This document shows positions 1 to 11,750 of a stretch of DNA of 64,000 bases, piece after piece. Made by a program: the position numbers and the translations under genes. This stretch comes from Lama guanicoe. Its lineage: Eukaryota. Every line of letters begins with the position of its first letter. Within the stretch, counting starts at the first letter, position 1. The notes beneath the pieces are model-generated. The model was not told where the DNA came from and searched no databases. It worked only from the letters and a program-made list of their open reading frames with translations. The stretch spans positions 124,001 through 188,000 of the forward strand of contig MU054323.1 in the NCBI GenBank assembly GCA_013239625.1, in the 5' to 3' direction.

Positions 1-229
1 AATTTGCTTTACCACTTGCATTTCCGGGGTGCACAAACAGCTGACCAGGACAAAGGTTGGTGGGAGTGACGTCACCCTCGATCAGGCCCTGAAGCTCTGC
101 TTATATCATTTAAAAAATTAAAAAAAGAAAACACAAAAGCCCCACAGTAAGTTCTCAGCTCATAGAACCCTCTATTAAGCTAACATTTTTTTTGGGGTGG
201 GGGCAGTTTTCTGAACTTACTTTCCCGAC

Positions 230-350
230 TCTCTGCTGTGCTCATGCTGTTCCCTGTGCCTGAAGTGCCTCTCTATCTCTGAGTCCTGCCCATCCTTCAA
301 GATCTGCTCAAGACCCACCTCCTCCAGGAAGCCTTCCCTGACCACCTGTG
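230..350 (+). mobile_element. L2 LINE 3' fragment
   Basis: CCTTCAAGATCTGCTCAAGACCCACCTCCTCCAGGAAGCCTTCCCTGACC resembles the L2 3' region. Confidence 0.6.
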
Positions 351-2469
351 TGCTCATTTGGCCAGGGGCACATACTCTGTGTGAAGTGTGGCTCCTTTGC
401 ATGCATGCATAAGTCCTTTCCTGGAAACTGTCATAAGCCACCCAAGACTGGAGCCCTGCCCCGAATCGCCCTGTATTTTTTTTTGTACTGTATTTTATTT
501 TAACTATGGCTGATTCTTACTTAATTTTTATAAGTTCACATCTCCATGTGCTCATTGAGGACCTTGAAGCTTACCTTTTGTTCTTGCCACTGCAGGTGAC
601 AGCATCTTGTCACAGCACCTAGACCAAAGAGACAAGTATGAGTCATTTTGTCTTCCTTTGACCAAATGAACACAACCTCAAGACCTACCATGCGCAGGCT
701 CCAGGGGAACAGAGATGAGGGAGCCAGCTGCACAGGAGGGGGCCTGGGGGGAGAGCCCCCATCACACAATTAATTTCAACACGCTTCGTGGTGGAACAGA
801 GGTAGGTGTTCGGGAACAGCAAACTCTTGCCGGGATATATGAAAGTGTGAATCTGTTGTCAGAAAAGTGGGAAGGATGCTTCAGGTAAAGGAACAGCTGG
901 TGCAAGTGTTTTTTGCCTCACAGGAGCCTAATAGGATTCGGGGATGATAAGAAAGGAGCTGGGGTTGAAGAAAGACCCAGCGGGGAAGAGTCAACTGAGG
1001 AAGGCCTCCAAGCCCCTGGTCAAATAACTCTGGGTGCTGGACCAGTGTTCAGGATTTGAGGTAGGGTGTGTAATAAATTGTGTGTTCTAGAACACAGGTT
1101 ACAGGCTGCTTCCATTGTTAATCTGACTTGATAAGTCGGGAAGCCCCTGTTGACAACAAGGATCTGAATGTGAGTGAATATCGGGCTGATTAAATACCCC
1201 CCAGGCAGTGACAAAAGCATCTGATACAAGCGCAGCTTAGTTTGAAACGGCTATTTGTGTCCTGTCTGGGAGCGAGCCCACATCTCCGTGCTCCTCCCTC
1301 GGCTGGGGAAGCTGTCTGTCCTGGCAGTTGCTGCAGGTCCAGGATTCTGGTACTTGCCAACTCTGCTCTCATCCCTCTGGTCCACCTCAGGCGGCTCACA
1401 GCTTTCAGCAGAGGATTACTTAGAAAAATAAGTTAATGACTGTCCTTGGATCAGGCCAGCTTTGCTGGAAGAAGCAGGCAGGCCCAGACTTCATTACTCT
1501 CAAGTCCGAGGGGGATGGGTTGAGAACACACATTGCAAATTCCATTCTAGGGAGAAAGAAAAGAATTGTTCACCCAGTCAGAACAGCATCATTTTAGATG
1601 TAATGTGTGGGGCCAGGGCAGCGTTTAAAAACGTTAAAGTGGCTGTGAGCATCTTCTGAGCGTGGCAGGGTATCTGGGTGGCAGACCTGCCTGTGCTAAT
1701 GAGGAGGAGGCTGTTGGCTGTGTCGTTCTTGGGGTCAGCTGATCCAGGGCCCTATAGGAAATGACTAGGGGCTCTTGTGTGAATGGGCCCGGAGGAGGCA
1801 GGGCCCGGTGGTGGGAAGGGTACGGACAGAGGGAGGGCACAGGAGAGGCCTGCTGGCTCTTCTTGATCAACATCAGAGACCACCAACAGGGCCCAGCTTG
1901 GGGTCACCTTCAAAATCCTCAGAAGAGCATCAGACCAGCTGGCCTGGGGTGAGGAGGACTTTGAAGGTGTCTATACTCCCTCATTCATTCACTCAACAAA
2001 CACTTGATGAACTGAACTTACCACCGGGTTAGCAGGAGAATCAAATGCCACTAAACTCTTTGCCAAATGCTAACTCTGAAACCTGCACAGTCTGTTAATA
2101 ACGGCCTCATTTGCTATGAAAAAAATACAGAAAGAAATTCAAGTAGGGGGAGCTATGGTGCTGGCTTCCTAACCCTATCCCTGTCCTAGAAAAGCCCCAG
2201 GGCCTTGAGGGCACTGAATCAGCTGGAGTTCCAGGCAGGAACCAGGAGCGATGACCAAGGACAGGTGGGTGTGAAGGGTGGAGGACAGGATGGGAAGACA
2301 AACACGCCCTGCTTGCCCTGAGCAGGCCCTTAATGGGTGTTGTTTCTGATCGTTAACCCAGATAACTGCTGCTCTAGGTGGGCAGTGCGACAAGATATCG
2401 GATCTTGTCTCCCCATTTGTGGAGACCACATTGCAAATGTCAGGGTTATGTTTTTACTCTTAAAAGGTC

Positions 2470-2575
2470 AATTATTTTTAACTAGAGGAAAATTGAGGCT
2501 CAGAGAGGTTAACTAAGTCATAGAGAGTAAGTGGCAGCGTTGAGCCTCGAACCCTCTGGTCTGACTCTGGCCCAT
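2470..2575 (-). mobile_element. MIR SINE fragment
   Basis: GAGGAAAATTGAGGCTCAGAGAGGTTAA is the reverse complement of the MIR core. Confidence 0.7.
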
Positions 2576-3984
2576 GTTTCTCGCCATGGTTCCAGGAGGT
2601 AAGGGTGGGAGCGCAGGGAGACAGAGCTGGGGGCATCCCAGGGCAGCCGGAAGTCTGGCCTGGAAGGACCGCAGAGGGCTTTGCAGGGACGCAGTAGGAA
2701 TGGGGATTTCCAGGCCCCGCTGGAAAGGAAGAGCTTAACCAAAGTGTGGGCTCCGGCAGCCCCCCGAGTCCCTTGAGGTCCCCTGTCCTTCCTCCCTGGC
2801 CTGGCTACAGATCCTGGCTCTGAAACCAGAAGTTCCTGAGGGATGACAGTCAGGAATTGTCTACTGAGGGGTGTATAGGGAGAGAGAAAAACACAGGTAG
2901 GACTGCAGATGGTGAAAACAGATGACTTAATGCTGTCCCTAGTCTCTGGGCTGGCTGAGCTGGCTGCCTGGCGGGAGACCTCCGTCTTCAGGGGCCTCAG
3001 CTCTGGAGAAGAGCTGTTGAGATGTCACCGCTCCTGCTGGAGCTCTGGTTCAGCAGGTCTCCCACATCCCCGCCCCGTCCCCATCAGATCCAGGCTCCCT
3101 GGAGTCGGAGCCGTGTTCACCGGGGCTGCCTCTCACAGATCCACAGCTGCGTTCTCACCCTCCGCCGCAGCTCTGCTACCAGCTGCGCCACCGGTGACGT
3201 GCAGGCTACCAGCGGGGCCTGGCTGGTTAACCACCTCTGCACCTTGCCGCCTACTTGGCTGCAGATCCGTGCTTTGAGATCTAGCACGCAGGTCTGAGCA
3301 CGCACTGATAAACTCGGCATCGCTCTCTGGCCGGCGCGCCGGGACATGGCCTTAGCTCACTTTTCTGCCGTGAGGAGCCACGTGGCCCAGCTCTTCTCTG
3401 ACCCCAGCTTGTAGTCCAGTGCATCATATGTACTTAATTCAGTTGATAAATATTTTCACCTCATCTTATTTTTTTGAAAGATTTTGAGAAGTGAACAATG
3501 AGGATTGGGGAAGGCATCACGGGAACCCTGTATCAGAGAAAGTAGTTCCCCTGATCAAGAAGGGCCTTTTCTGCAACATGAAGGAAGCTTGAAAGCGCTT
3601 CTTTAGGCAATAGGGAGCCATTAAAGGCTTCAGAGTCAGGAACAAAGTGCAGAGAGCTATGTAATAAGCGTATCAATGGTTTATTTCATTAATGATTATA
3701 ACAAAGTGCTAAGAAACAGATCATGAAACTCCTCCCTCTGAACTTACATTAATAAAGATATTCTTGTGGCCTCTTTCTTGCAGGGAGGATATTAGGTGGC
3801 CTTCTTGGAACAACATGTCCAAATGTATACTGCAGTGACTGTCCCAGGAGTCTGCAGTGTGTCTGATCTTGTTTAAGGCATTGGGAGAAATTGTCCGAAC
3901 CACCACTAGCGTTGGTCACCAACGTTGGTCCCCCAGGAGGCAAAATAAGCAAAACAGACAATGGTCTGATTCTGACCCACCATG

Positions 3985-4135
3985 CACTGGAGGTGACCCT
4001 GGGAAATCCCAGTGTCTCCCTGAGCCTCAGCGTCTGCATTTATAAAATGGGGATAATGATGTCTGCCCCACGGAGAGTCAATGAGATACTGTGTATGAGG
4101 CACCTGGAATATAGTGGGAGCCAGTAAGTGCTCCT
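3985..4135 (+). mobile_element. MIR SINE
   Basis: GAGCCTCAGCGTCTGCATTTATAAAATGGGGATAATGATG core, ending CAGTAAGTGCTC. Confidence 0.7.
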
Positions 4136-4565
4136 CAGCATCAATCCCCATACCAAAGTGACAGCTGGAGGCAGGGAGAAAACCCACACACGCAACATCA
4201 AAAAACCAAAATTCCCTTAGGGAAAAAAAAGAGAGAAGAGACAGGAGCATTGGAGAGGAAGAAAGGAATTAGTGCTGTCAACAGCAGGTCAGTTTGTCTT
4301 AAAACCTTTCAAATTGTGGAAAGAACTGAGAAATGTATTTCCTGGGGCAGGAGGCAGGGGGCTGGGCCGGGGCGGGGTGGGGGGGGACTTTGTGCCGGCT
4401 GTCTGAGCAGGCAGTGGAGGGAACATTCCAGAGCGGCGGGCAGCCTGGGGTTTGGGAAGCCTCGACAAAGAGGTGAGTCACTGGCCTCCTCGGGCTGCAG
4501 CCCCACTGCGAGCAGGCAGGTGAGCCCAGGAGACAGAGAAGGCAGGAGAGACACGAGGCAGTGGG

Positions 4566-4910
4566 GATGAACCTCGAACACGCTATGCTAAGTGAGAGAA
4601 ACTGGGCACCAAAGAACGTGTATCGTGGAATTCCACTGATAGGAAATGTCCAGAACCGTTAAATGCACAGACACAGAAAGTGGATTTGTGGGCGCCTAGG
4701 CAGGACGTGGGGGTAGGGGAGAAATGGGGAGTGACTGCGAATGGGTATGGATGGCGTTTCTTTTTGGGGGGATGAAAACGTTCAAAAACTGATTGCTGGG
4801 ATGATTGCACAACTCTGTGAATATTCTAAAAACAGCTGAACCCTACGCTTGAAGTGGGTGGATTGTATGGTACGTGCATCACATCTCAATAAACCTGTTA
4901 GGAAAAAAAA
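4566..4910 (+). mobile_element. Old L1 (L1MB-like) 3' end
   Basis: GATGAACCTCGAACACGCTATGCTAAGTGA...GATGATTGCACAACTCTGTGAATATTCTAAAA...CTCAATAAA followed by an A tract. Confidence 0.8.
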
Positions 4911-5444
4911 ACGAACAACAACAAAAGGGGAATAGATTCAAGGGAACCACACACAGCACTTTATGCATCTGCCTTAGAGACACAGCAGGTTCGAGGAAAA
5001 AAGCTCCAGGAAATTCTCTAGCCCAGCCCGCGCACCTTCCAGAGCAGGTGGCTGAGCGCCAGGCGCAACGGGTGACTCGCTGGTGGCCCCGCGGGCACGT
5101 GCGGCAGGGGTAAGGGCAGTACCGCAGGCTAGCTAGCCCTGACTTCCATAGTCCCCACCGTAGTCAGTCCACCCCAGCCTGTCCACTGTCAGCCACATTT
5201 GGGCCACAGGATTGCTACCTGTGAGAAATGACTGTCAGACTCAGGTGGACTCCGTTGGTTTAAACCATTGTGTCTCCCAGGAGAGTTTTGGCTGTAGTGC
5301 CTGAAAGCACCATGAACCCCACCCTAGGCTTCTTCTCGTAAACACCAGAGGGAGTGGGTGTTAGGGCCGAGGAGACAGAACGAAGGCCCATTGGTGTGAT
5401 TTGGGGCTGGACGTCCTAATGGGCCTTCAGGGCTACCTCGGCTG

Positions 5445-5575
5445 AATCTACTTTTAAAGATGTGGCGCGTGAAGCCCAGAGAAGCGAGGCGGTTCCCCAG
5501 GGTCACACAGGAAGGCGGCAGTGGTGGAGCTGAGATTAGAACCAGGCCTTTGGACTCTCTGTCCAGTGCTCTTTA
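5445..5575 (-). mobile_element. MIR SINE fragment
   Basis: CCCCAGGGTCACACAG...GAGCTGAGATTAGAACCAGGCC...CCAGTGCTCTTT. Confidence 0.6.
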
Positions 5576-5989
5576 AATGGCACCCCATGGCCCCCTTCAT
5601 CCTCTACAGGAGCAGGCAGGGAAGGCAGGGGCTGCGGGCTGTGCCAGGAGGTGGAGGGGCTTCACAGAGCCCAGCCTGGGAAACCGGGGGAGGGAGGGCA
5701 TGCTTATGGGAGGTGTGGCCCATGGGAGACCAGAGGAAGAGCTCTGGGGGGAAACAGATGGAGGCAGAGAAGGGTCCAGGAGGCTGTGACCCTCTAAGCT
5801 CTCAGGTTCCCAAGGGATAGTCCAGCCTTTGGGACCAAGGGAGGGAGGATGCTGATAAAAACTTGAGAAGGACATCACCTCAGACCCTCTCAGGAGGTGC
5901 CTGCTAGTGCTTCCGGATGGTTCTGCTCAACTTTCTTACCTCAGAGAAGGGAGGGGAGGCACTGTCCCGCGACCAGGGATGGCTTGGGG

Positions 5990-6170
5990 TTAAGTGGGCT
6001 CTGACCCAGGTCCTGGTCTTCATTCTGTCTCTGACTCACTGTGACATCACAGGCAGTTTCTCTCTTCACTGGGCCACAGTCTCGTCAGGTATAAAATGGG
6101 AAGGAGATTCTGACTTGTTTTTCTGAGCAGTAAAGGTTAGCTGAGACCATGTCTGTGAAATCTGTGGAAT
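5990..6170 (+). mobile_element. MIR SINE
   Basis: CTGACTCACTGTGAC...GGGCCACAGTCTCGTCAGGTATAAAATGGGA. Confidence 0.55.
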
Positions 6171-6489
6171 GTTCTATTGTGACTTTATGACAAGGATTTT
6201 GCTGCATGTGGGTTGCTCTCCTGGCTGCAGAAACACATTTTTGGCCCCGTGGAGGTTCTCATGCCACCCGGGGCACAGATCCCTGTGTTTGAAGCAAGGT
6301 CCTCATGGCGGAGGGGAGAGCATCTCTCTGGGGAGAGAATGAAGGTGTGACCTCCTGGGAGCAGGGTCCGGCTCCCATGCCGACGGCGTCCTACTTCTCC
6401 TGAGAGCATGGCCCTGTCAGCCCCTAGAGGGGTCAGGAAGAGGCACAGCGTGGAAGAGGGAGCGCAACTAACCCTAGACATCATTTAGT

Positions 6490-6670
6490 TCTCATACACT
6501 CCCTAGCCATGATGACGCCCATTCTAAATTCTAAATAAACCTATAGTCCCCAAATTAGAATGCAAGGCTCAGAGAGGTTAAGTAATGTGCCCAAGGTCAC
6601 TTTGCCAGTAGAGAGGGGCCAGGATGAAAACCTAGGTCTGTCCAAGCCTGAATCCCACTGTCCAGAGCTG
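6490..6670 (-). mobile_element. MIR SINE
   Basis: AAGGCTCAGAGAGGTTAAGTAATGTGCCCAAGGTCAC. Confidence 0.7.
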
Positions 6671-7289
6671 CCCAGAGCCGGGGGTGCTGGCGGCGCTCTT
6701 TGGCCACGGTCTGATTTTGTTCAGGGCTGGCTGTGAGCCAGGCCTCAGAGTTTACTGAAATGTTCTGAGCGTTGTTGGGGGAAATGTAGCTTTGAACTTG
6801 CCTAATATAACACGGGCTGGTTCTCAGGATCATAAACATGTTTCTGAACCTAATTAAAGAGTCTCGTGAAAAGAGGGAGAGCAGAGCTGAGACATGACGG
6901 TCCGTCTAAAATCTCCCCGTGGGCCAGAACGGGAGCTTTGCTTTTCCCAGACTTGGGGAGAACCAGCCATCTCTGGGGGCAGAGAGTTAAGAGGCTTTAG
7001 AAAGAAGAAAAGGCTCTTTTACAGTCCTGGCTGGGGACCTGGGCTGTACCGGGGAGGGAATGTAGGAGGCATAATTGGCGCTTGTAAAACATTTCCAGAC
7101 AAAATCACTTAATGTGTTTTGGAGAGTAAAAGGTAACAGTCCACATAATCCATAAATTTGGGCAGTTTTCTACAGAGTCAACAGAGCTGGATCGGGGGAT
7201 CTGAAGGCCGGCTGGACCAGTGATCAGTGCACCATGACGGCTGACAGGTGGACCATGTTCTGAGCAGCTAGACCGTGCTCCCTCACTGG

Positions 7290-7460
7290 GTGACACTGCT
7301 CAGGTCACTGAAGCCTCTGGACTGCAGTTTCCTCATGTGGAAAGTGAGGAGAAAATGATCTCTACCTCACACGCTTGTTGAGAGGCATAAATGTGTGAGT
7401 CTACGCTAACTGCTTACATCAGCACCTGGCACACGGGCAGTCCATGTCTAAATGTTTGCC
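7290..7460 (+). mobile_element. MIR SINE
   Basis: CTGCAGTTTCCTCATGTGGAAAGTGAGG...CTACCTCAC...CACCTGGCACAC. Confidence 0.7.
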
Positions 7461-7964
7461 GTCCTTATTCTGCTGCCTTGGAGACAGGCTACGACCTGGC
7501 TAGGGCAGCGCCATGGTTCTTGTGGAACGGTTCACGCTGGTGAGTTTTTAGAGCTGGAGTTATCCTGTCCCTTCTGAGCTCTTTCCCCTGTTTCTGCTCT
7601 GCGGCCTTTTCTGCCCGTATTGATTGCTCCCATTAATTTTCCAACAGCCCCCGGGTACCGAGAATCTTCTGGGACCCAGATCTTTCCTCGGACAGCGCCC
7701 CATCCCTCGCAGCATAACAGTCAAAACTCGGGGCCCTTGAGACTCAGTCTAACTTTTTGCCTATGTCCAGACCTGTCCCCCGTGGTTTCAGATGTTTCAG
7801 TGTCCCTTCCTTCTGGGCAAGTTGTAAATACTGCGCTTCCTGGCTCCCTTGAGGTTGGCTGGGGGCAAACGTCTAGTTTTGGCCAATGAATCGTGAACAG
7901 AGGGAACACGTGGGCTGCAGTGCTTTTTCCTTCTGCCACGGCACCTTAGGGGGGTGATCTAAAC

Positions 7965-8167
7965 CAGGTGTCAACAAACTTTTTCTGTAACCTTTTCAGC
8001 TTTGTGGGCTACAAGCTATGCGCGTCTCAACTCTACAATTGTCATTGGAAAGCCATCATAGGTAATACATAAGTGAATGAGTATGACTGGGTTCCAATAA
8101 AACTTTATTTATAAAAAACAAGCAGCGGATTGGGTTTGGCTGATGGGCCATAGCTTACAAACCCCTG
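7965..8167 (+). mobile_element. MER58A-like hAT-Charlie MITE
   Basis: TIRs CAGGTGTCAACAAAC / GCTTACAAACCCCTG; internal GTTCCAATAAAACTTTATTTA; 8-bp TSD ATCTAAAC (7957-7964) / TTCTAGAC (8168-8175). Confidence 0.8.
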
Positions 8168-8175
8168 TTCTAGAC

Positions 8176-8314
8176 CAGGATGTCCAGGAGAACTTTCTGC
8201 AACAATGGAACTGGTTTACAATATCTATGCTGTCCAATATGGTAGCCACTAGCCAATAGCTACTTGTGTCTATTGAAAATTTTAATAGCTAGTCCTACTG
8301 TAGTGGACAGGCAG
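8176..8314 (+). mobile_element. MER3-like hAT-Charlie MITE (internally deleted)
   Basis: AGAACTTTCTGCAACAATGGAA...GCTGTCCAATATGGTAGCCACTAGCCA...TGGACAGGCAG; perfect TSD TTCTAGAC (8168-8175 / 8315-8322). Confidence 0.8.
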
Positions 8315-8749
8315 TTCTAGACAGTGGCTATTCTTTCATTGAAGGTCCTGGAGAGAAGATGACCTGGAGGGCCATAGTAGATCGTGATGGACATGTGGCC
8401 TGTCCAATTCTTGACTTGGGAGATATTTGTCACTGCAGCATAACATGATCATTCGTAAGTTACATACCCCCGAGGCTCACCCCTACATATACCATACATA
8501 TTTCATTGGCTTTCATGAAAGCATTCCACTCACATCCAAGCCTCCAGGTCTTGGCTCATACTGTTTACTCTGTCTGGAATACCCTCAACGGTCCCTTATT
8601 TCACTGGCATATGCTGCCTTGTGGTTTAAATTTCAGCTCACAGGTTACCGTCCCTTGGTGGTTTTCCAGTAACCTCCATACCGCCTCTGTGCATAAGAAT
8701 CACCTGCAGTTTGCTTAGGACTCTTTTTTTTTTTTTTTTTTTTTTTTCT

Positions 8750-8948
8750 TTTGTGGTCAGGAGTAGCAATCTTAGTTGGCAGTTTTTCTTTACCTTGCAA
8801 TATTTTGGCTTATGTTATCCCAGTCTTTTCTGGCTTCCAAAATTTCTCCTGAAAATATCAAGTGGTAGTTTTATGGGAATTACCCTGTATTTATATAACA
8901 AGTTGATTTTCTCTTGCTGCTTTCAACAGTCTCTATTTGTCTTGAAAA
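8750..8948 (-). mobile_element. Decayed L1 ORF1 fragment, carried inside a SINE insertion
   Basis: Minus strand resembles the ORF1p segment around LKAAREKQLVTYKG...ARRDWD...KEKNCQPR, with frameshifts. Confidence 0.7.
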
Positions 8949-9056
8949 GGGGAGGTAATTAGGTTTATTTATTTTTTAAGTGGAGGTGCTGGGGATTGAA
9001 CCCTGGACCTCGTGCATGCTAAGTAGGCACTCTATCACTGAGCTATATCCTACACC
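8949..9056 (-). mobile_element. tRNA-Ala-derived camelid SINE (Vic-1 type)
   Basis: Minus strand: A box TAGCTCAGTGATAG, B box GGTTCAATCC, tail AAATAAATAAACCTAATTACCTCCC; TSD TGCTTAGGACTCTTT at 8712-8726 and 9057-9071. Confidence 0.85.
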
Positions 9057-9522
9057 TGCTTAGGACTCTTTGCAAGTATAATGCAAATATAACATTGTCA
9101 TAATTTTTCTTGTGTTTTCCACTAGGTTGTGAGCTCTTGGAAGAGCCCCCATCAGATCAATTGGGACCTCCATAAATTTTGTTGAATCGAATTTAACATT
9201 CATCAGACCCAGTCCATGGTGGCTTTTCAGGTCCTTAGTGGCTTTCTCTGGCCCTGGTTTCAACTTTGGACCATTTTCCCCCATCTTCTTCTCATTCTTC
9301 TGGCCACAGTGAGACACCTCAGTCTCTGTAATTTAGCATTGGTGATGGGAGAGGATGAGGGGAAAGGGAGGAAAAGAGACACACATTAGTCTTATCTGGT
9401 AGTAGTATAAAAATATCAATTGGATTATTTACTAAAAATTGAGTCTACAGTAAAGAGCAGTTGGGACTATAAACACAGACACACAGCCCTGCTAATGGCT
9501 TTCAGGGCTGGCTGTAGGAACT

Positions 9523-9705
9523 CAGGGTTGGTGTACTGCCAAACTGGGACGTGTCGGGGAGACTGTCGTTCAAGGCATTTCTTTTAAAATTTCTTCTTTG
9601 TCAAAAACACTAGTTTATTCTTTCAATCATTTTCATTCTATTTGACGAAAAATGTTAGTGTTCTGTGTTTCTGTACAAATATGGAAATAACATGATTACC
9701 ATCCT
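9523..9705. mobile_element. Possible hAT-Blackjack (MER94-like) remnant
   Basis: CAGGGTTGG...CCAAACTGGGAC at the left and ATGATTACCATCCT at the right resemble degenerate Blackjack termini. Confidence 0.35.
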
Positions 9706-9744
9706 TTACATGTAAGCATCTCTTTGTGGTTAACAGGTCACTTG

Positions 9745-9925
9745 CTGCCCATGTCACCTTGAGCCTCCCAGTAGCCTAGGGAAGAAAGCAGGGCAGTATA
9801 ACTGCATTTTACTCATGGATAAACTACAGCTTAGAGCAGGGAGGTCATTTGCCCACAGTCACAACCAGCTGGGGCCAAATTGGGAACCTGAACTCGGGCT
9901 CCAAGCTCTTGGATCAGTGCTCTCA
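9745..9925 (-). mobile_element. MIR SINE
   Basis: TCATTTGCCCACAGTCACAACCAGCTGG...TCCAAGCTCTTGG. Confidence 0.55.
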
Positions 9926-10161
9926 GCCCTCAGACACATTCCAGTCTGATGGCCGCAATGTCCATGTGCCCTACCCATCAGCACTGCCATTGTCCCAGTG
10001 CTGGGAGGTTGGGGCAGACCTTCAGGTCCTTGCCTAATCCTCAAGTCATAGCAGGATACCGTTAGCCAGAGAAATTTAAGAGATTTACTTATTACTTTTT
10101 GAAAAACAAGGCTACCGATTCATTAGGAATCTGATACCTAGAAGTATTCAAGTTATTTAAA

Positions 10162-10385
10162 AGGAGTTTTGAGATTTGCAGATACTAAGTGCCTATATAT
10201 AAAACAGATAAACAAAAAGTTTATACTGTAATACACAGGGACCTATGTTTAATATCTCATAGTAAATTATAATGAAAAAGACTATGAAAAGGAGTATATA
10301 TGTACATGTATGGCTGAAACATTACGCTGTCCAGCAGAAATGGACACACCATTGTAAACAGACTATATACTTCAATTTAAAGAAA
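10162..10385 (+). mobile_element. Cetartiodactyl-type L1 3'UTR fragment
   Basis: GAGATTTGCAGATACTAA...AAACAGATAAACAAAAAGTTTATACTGT...CATTGTAAACAGACTATATACTTCAAT. Confidence 0.8.
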
Positions 10386-10662
10386 TGAATTTGAGAATTT
10401 TTGGATAAATATCACAAAGGAAGTAATAGACCTAAACTTCTTTCAGCACAGGGAGACATGTTTTATGAAACTCTGCCTATCCAAGGGGTCATTCTTAGTC
10501 TCCACTAAGTTTTATTCTCCCTAAAGGAGCAAAACAAAGGTTGCTGTGGAATCTCTCTGCAGCAGCAAATTATACTCCTGGTTAGGGAAACCTCACCCGG
10601 TGGTGAAGGGGATGATTTCAGCGGCTACCTCCCTTCCCAGCTGGCTGTCTTACCCAACGCTC

Positions 10663-10810
10663 TTTTTTTCTTTTAAATTGAAGTATAATTGATACACAAT
10701 GTTGTGTTAATTTCTGGTGTACAGCACAGTGATTCAGTCATACATATATATATATATATACACATATATACACATGTATATATATTCTTTTTCATTATAG
10801 GTTATTACAA
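10663..10810 (-). mobile_element. L1 3' tail fragment with (TA)n
   Basis: T tract, then AATTGAAGTATAATTGATACACAATGTTGTGTTAATTTCTGGTGTACAGCA. Confidence 0.8.
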
Positions 10811-10826
10811 GGTATCCCATCCCTCT

Positions 10827-10964
10827 TTATTTTTTTTAAGTTTATTTTATTTAGTGGGAGGAGGTAATTAAGTTTATTTATTTTTTTTAGAGGAGTACTG
10901 GGGATTGAATCCAGGACCTCATCCATGCTAAGCCGTGCACTCTACCACTGAGCTGTACCCTCCC
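10827..10964 (-). mobile_element. Vic-1-type SINE
   Basis: GGGGATTGAATCCAGGACCTCATCCATGCTAAG...CCACTGAGCTGTACCCTCCC; probable TSD GGTATCCCATCCCTCT (10811-10826) / GGTGTCCTATCCCTCT (10969-10984). Confidence 0.85.
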
Positions 10965-11419
10965 TGCTGGTGTCCTATCCCTCTCCATCCTCGCTTGTGC
11001 TCCTCTCGCTCCCCTACCCCCCACCAAGAGCAAGAAGAAATTGACAATTGCATCCTTATACCAGGATGAACTGTGATAATATTTCATTTTGAGAACTGAA
11101 GAATCCAAGGTGGTAGACTTAACAAAACGCATACTGAACTTCTTTCAGTGCTAGTGGGCAGATTATGAAATCCCTTCATTCACTTATGGGTAATTGGACT
11201 CTTGAAATGTCCATTGTAACCACACTGTTTAAATAGTTCTACCAAAGATGGAAGAAACCTCTACATGAGCAATAAATAAATAAAAATATTCTGTGTGTGG
11301 GAGTAAGGTAAAGCATAGACTTTTACATTATAAATTGGCAGAGTATTAACTGGGGGATTGTTGGTTGTATATACACCATATGTTATATAATGATATATGC
11401 TTCAAAGGAAGTAAAAACT

Positions 11420-11750
11420 GTATTCATAAAAATATTTATGGAAGTTTTTCTACAAGAGCAAAAAGCTGGAAATGATTGAATTGGGCTATAATAAGAGAAT
11501 GACTTAATAAGTGGTAGTATACGGTAGCCAGTAAAAATAATAATTATGAGGATTATTCAGACCATAGACTTCAGACCAAAAATGTTAATGACAGAAGGAT
11601 GTGCAAATACTAGAATTCAAGTTGGATGATTGAATTTGTGAAAAATGTTATCTTCATGTGAATCAGGACCAGAAGTAAAAATGTGAAAAAGAAAATAGCA
11701 TGTTAGGAATTGAGGAGATAGGTAAATATATATATTTTTTACTTCTATTT
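11420..11750 (+). mobile_element. Very old L1 (L1MC/L1ME-like) fragment
   Basis: AT-rich; CAAGAGCAAAAAGCTGGAAA and CAGTAAAAATAATAATTATGAGG resemble the L1 ORF2-end/3'UTR. Confidence 0.4.

Larger units (their letters stand above)
7790..8450 (+). mobile_element. MaLR LTR (MLT1I/J-like), split by two hAT insertions
   Basis: Left part TTTTGGCCAATGAA...TTCCTTCTGCCACGG; right part AGTGGCTATTCT...GGTCCTGGAGAGAAGATGAC...GATGGACATGTGGC...TTTGTCACTGCAGCATAAC. Confidence 0.6.

Noticed and set aside
8980..9056. tRNA-Ala-like sequences here and at ~10890-10964 and ~22620-22697
   Set aside because: They are SINE heads with SINE tails, TSDs and mutated stems, not tRNA genes.
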